DNA from: Phyllobates terribilis
Taxonomy: Eukaryota
NCBI RefSeq assembly: GCF_046119375.1
Contig: NW_027362761.1
Location: 278,256,001-278,320,000 of the forward strand
Reading direction: 5' to 3'
Length of the DNA stretch: 64,000 bases
Shown: one piece after another, positions 60,821-64,000 of the stretch
Layout of the letters: each line of letters opens with the position of its first letter
Numbering within the stretch: the first letter of the stretch is position 1
Notes under the pieces: model-generated
What the model was told of the DNA's origin: nothing
Seen by the model: the letters and a program-made list of their open reading frames with translations, nothing else
The model's database searches: none
Translations under genes and position numbers: made by a program

Positions 60821-63800
60821 TTACTCTCCCCAGGATGACACAGGGGTAGAAAAGTCGTTTCGGATCCATGATTTGTTCATCTTTATGAACGTGAGTCTGT
60901 CTACATTATCAGTGGAGAGCCGCGTGCGCTTATCTGTCAGCACACCACCAGCAGCGCTGAACACACGTTCAGACAGAACGCTGGCTGCGGGGCATGACAA
61001 GATCTCCAAGGCGTAAGTGGCTAGCTCCGGCCATTTATCCAGATTGGAAGCCCAAAAAGAGCAAGGGTCCAGTGACACAGTCGTGGCTTCAATGTTTACT
61101 TGGAGATACTCCTGTACCATCGTCTCTAGGCGTTGACTATGTGTCAGACTTCTTGTCTCCTGTGGCCTTGCAAAGGATGGGCTAAAAAAGTGGTGAAATG
61201 ATTCCGCAAAATTGATGTTACCAGCAGATACTGTGGTTCTGTTACGGTTTGAGTGCTGAACACTTGACGGTCCCACGGTTGGCAAGTTGGAACTGTGAGA
61301 TTCACTACGTGCACCACTGGTATTTTGTGGAAAAGCACATGTAAGATTCTGCAACAGTCTCTGCTGATACTCCTGCATGCGTGCATCCCTTTCTATGGCA
61401 GGAATAATTTCTGCAAATTTACTTTTGTACCGGGGATCTAACAGTGTGGCAACCCAGTAGTCAGGATTATTTCTAATTCTCACAATTCGAGGGTCATGTT
61501 GCAGGTAGTGCAGCAAGAAGGCACTCATGTGTGTTGCGCATCCAGGAGCACCAAGTCCCTGTTGTGTTGGTGGCGAGGTAGCAATCATGCTTCCTTCCTC
61601 TGTCCTCTCCCCCCAACCTCGCACAACAGAAATGTGATCAAGGTCTCCCTCATCTGATGAGTCTTCCATCAGTTCGTCCTCCACTTCTTCCTGGGCTCCT
61701 GCACCTTCCTCACTAGTTTGGCTGCTACCATGCGCCCTGGTAAAATCATCTCCCCCACCCTCACATGCCTGCCGCCTTGGTGCTGCCGACCGTCTGGACC
61801 TTGCAGATGTTAGCCCTTCCGCATACAACTCCTCCTCCTCTACTTCCTCCACCTCCTCTTGTGCCACCACCTGACTTCGAATTCTGTTTAACATGTGCTC
61901 CAGCATGTAAATCACCGGAATAGTCATGCTGATAATGGCATCGTCAGCACTAAACATCTTCGTCGCCATTTCAAAACTGTGCAGAAGGGTGCATAGGTCC
62001 CTGATCTGAGACCACTCCTCCAGCGTGATTTGCCCCACCTCTGAATCTCGTTGGCCCAGGCTTCACGTCAGAACGTATTGCACCAGGGCTTGTCGGTGCT
62101 GCCACAGTCGCTGCAACATGTGCAGAGTTGAATTCCACCGGGTAGGCACATCGCATTTTAGCCGGTGAAGTGGCAGGCCCAACGACTTCTGTAGAGATGT
62201 AAGTCGCTGAGCTGCGGGATGCGAACGGCGGAAGTGAGCACACAGCGACCGTGCCCTCTGCAGAAGGCCATCTAGTCTGGGATAGTGGGCTAAAAATTGC
62301 TGGACAACCAGGTTCAACACGTGAGCCATACAAGGCACGTGTGTGACATTGCCCCGGCGAAGGGCCGCACCCAGGTTTGCAGCATTGTCGCACACGGCCT
62401 TCCCTGGTTTCAGGTCCAGTGGAGACAACCATTCATGAAATTGGTTCTCCAGAGCTGACCACAACTCCTCAGCTGTGTGACTCACATTTCCCAGACATTT
62501 CAATGTAAAAACCGCCTGATGACGTTGAGCCCTACTGCCAGCATAGTAAGGAGGTGTGCAGGATCCCTTCTGCGCAGTTAGAAAGCTTGTGGCATGACCA
62601 GACAGGCTTTGGGTGCAGGTGGAAGACAGAGAGGAGGTTGAGGAGGCAGAAGCAGTGGAGGAAAAATGACATAGAGGATTGACGCACAACTCGTGGGGAC
62701 GGCAAGACTTGGACTGCAGCCCCTTGTCCTGCTGTCACCATAGTTACCCAGTGCCCAGTCAGCGACATGTAACGCCCCTGTCCATGCCTACTCGTCCAAG
62801 TGTCTGTGGTGAAATGCACCCTGTCACACACAGAGTTTCTCAAAGAAGCGGTGATGTTGTGTGCGACATGCTGGTGGAGCGCAGGCACACCTTTCTTTGA
62901 GAAGTAGTGCCGACTGGGCATCTGGTACTGGGGCACTGCGATGGACATAAGGTCTCGAAAATCCTCTGTGTCCACCAGGCGGAAAGGCAGCATTTCTGTA
63001 GCCAAGAGCTTGCAGATGGTGAAATTCAACCTCTTAGCTTTCTCATGGCTAGGAGGAAATGGTCTTTTACTTGTCCACATCTGAGGGACCGAGGGCTGGC
63101 TATTGTGCTTAGACGGGGTTGATAAGGGTGTCCCCGGCAAACTGCCGGTCTGTGAGGAAGATGCAGGCGGACATGTTAGGTTGCCTTGATCCAAAGGTGG
63201 TGCTATCGATGTCGGACAGCGCTCAAGACCAGCTGGTGTTACTAACTCCAAAGAAAATGATGACCTGCCAATCACGCTGGCTGTTGCGGGTAAAGAGGTG
63301 GCAGGTCTGCGCCCCAAAACAGGTGTGACTGCTGTCCCCCCAGTCACAGAGGATGAAGAGGCCGCGGATGCACAAGATATGGCAGACGGTGGTTGGCCCG
63401 GCCGGCTAGACCGCATTGTAGCACACTGAGCTTCCCACTGCGACTTATGCTTCATGTCCATGTGCCGGTTCATGCATGAAGTACTCAAACTATGTATTTT
63501 TTGGCCTCTACTTAGCTTTTGCTGACAAATGTTACAGATAACACGAGTTGGGTCATCTTTATCGATCTGAAAAAATGCCCAGGCTATGCAAGGCTTAGCA
63601 CCCATGCGACCTGAAGAGCCACCACGACTTGTGGTGAGAGGCAGAGTTGTGTTTGAGGATGCAGTTGTTGACGTGCTTCCAGTACTACGTCTCTGTCCAG
63701 GAAGGCGCAACCTGACCTCGTCGTCACTAGCATCTTCCTCCACCTCCTCTGCTGACCTCATCTCTTGGCTGACTGTGGGTTGACAGTAAGTGGGATCTCC

Positions 63801-64000
63801 GACCTCATCATCATCACCCTGTGCGTTATCACACCCGTCGTCCTCAGAGCCAACCTGTTCCTGCCCTGACAAAAAACTAAAGTTGTCGCTCCAATCAGGT
63901 ATTTGAGTCTTATCATCGTCTTCCTCATTGTCTCCACCAACAGGAGTTACAGTTTGGGAATGAGGGTCTACATTATGGTCAGAACCTTCTGCGTCTGGTC
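60821..64000 (-). pseudogene. hAT transposase of copy 2 (frameshifted and nonsense-mutated; 5' part outside the window)
   Basis: ORF pieces 62532-63872, 62063-62689 and 60821-62038. There is a 2-bp loss at ~62665 and TAT>TGA at ~62063 relative to copy 1. Confidence 0.92.

Larger units (their letters stand above)
56347..64000 (-). mobile_element. Composite hAT transposon copy 2 (inverted, runs off the window)
   Basis: Begins exactly at TIR tagtgttgagc. Reverse complement of 30479-38123 at high identity, including all cargo. Confidence 0.95.

Overview
Vertebrate genomic DNA, probably a frog (inferred from the repeat repertoire), made almost entirely of nested transposable elements around one large host exon. 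The exon (+, 16115-17304) encodes the C-terminal tail of myosin-XVIIIB (MYO18B). 1-13.4 kb is a nest: a CR1 3' end is split by a minus-strand chromodomain Gypsy element (558-13345), which carries a solo LTR (2962-4285) and a second, near-intact plus-strand chromovirus (5357-11444, TSD TTATG). Both chromoviruses lack a tRNA-type primer-binding site (PBS). Each PBS is instead complementary to its own LTR about 30 nt downstream of the TATA box, the Tf1-type self-priming signature, and the two families use different sequences. 21.8-25.7 kb is a Tc1 pile-up including a DD38E element one base short of intact. 25747-38123 is a 12.4-kb hAT element (8-bp TSD) with a ~3.2-kb tandem array, an uninterrupted 1233-aa transposase ORF and a cargo of dead elements (DD37E Tc1, L1 RT, solo LTR). 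The same composite recurs inverted from 56347 to beyond the window end. Between them, a piggyBac-like element (46159-52745) contains a hAT MITE, which contains a non-autonomous derivative of the same hAT family wrapped around a ~2.9-kb palindrome. All calls are from reading the sequence and ORF track; no database searches were run.
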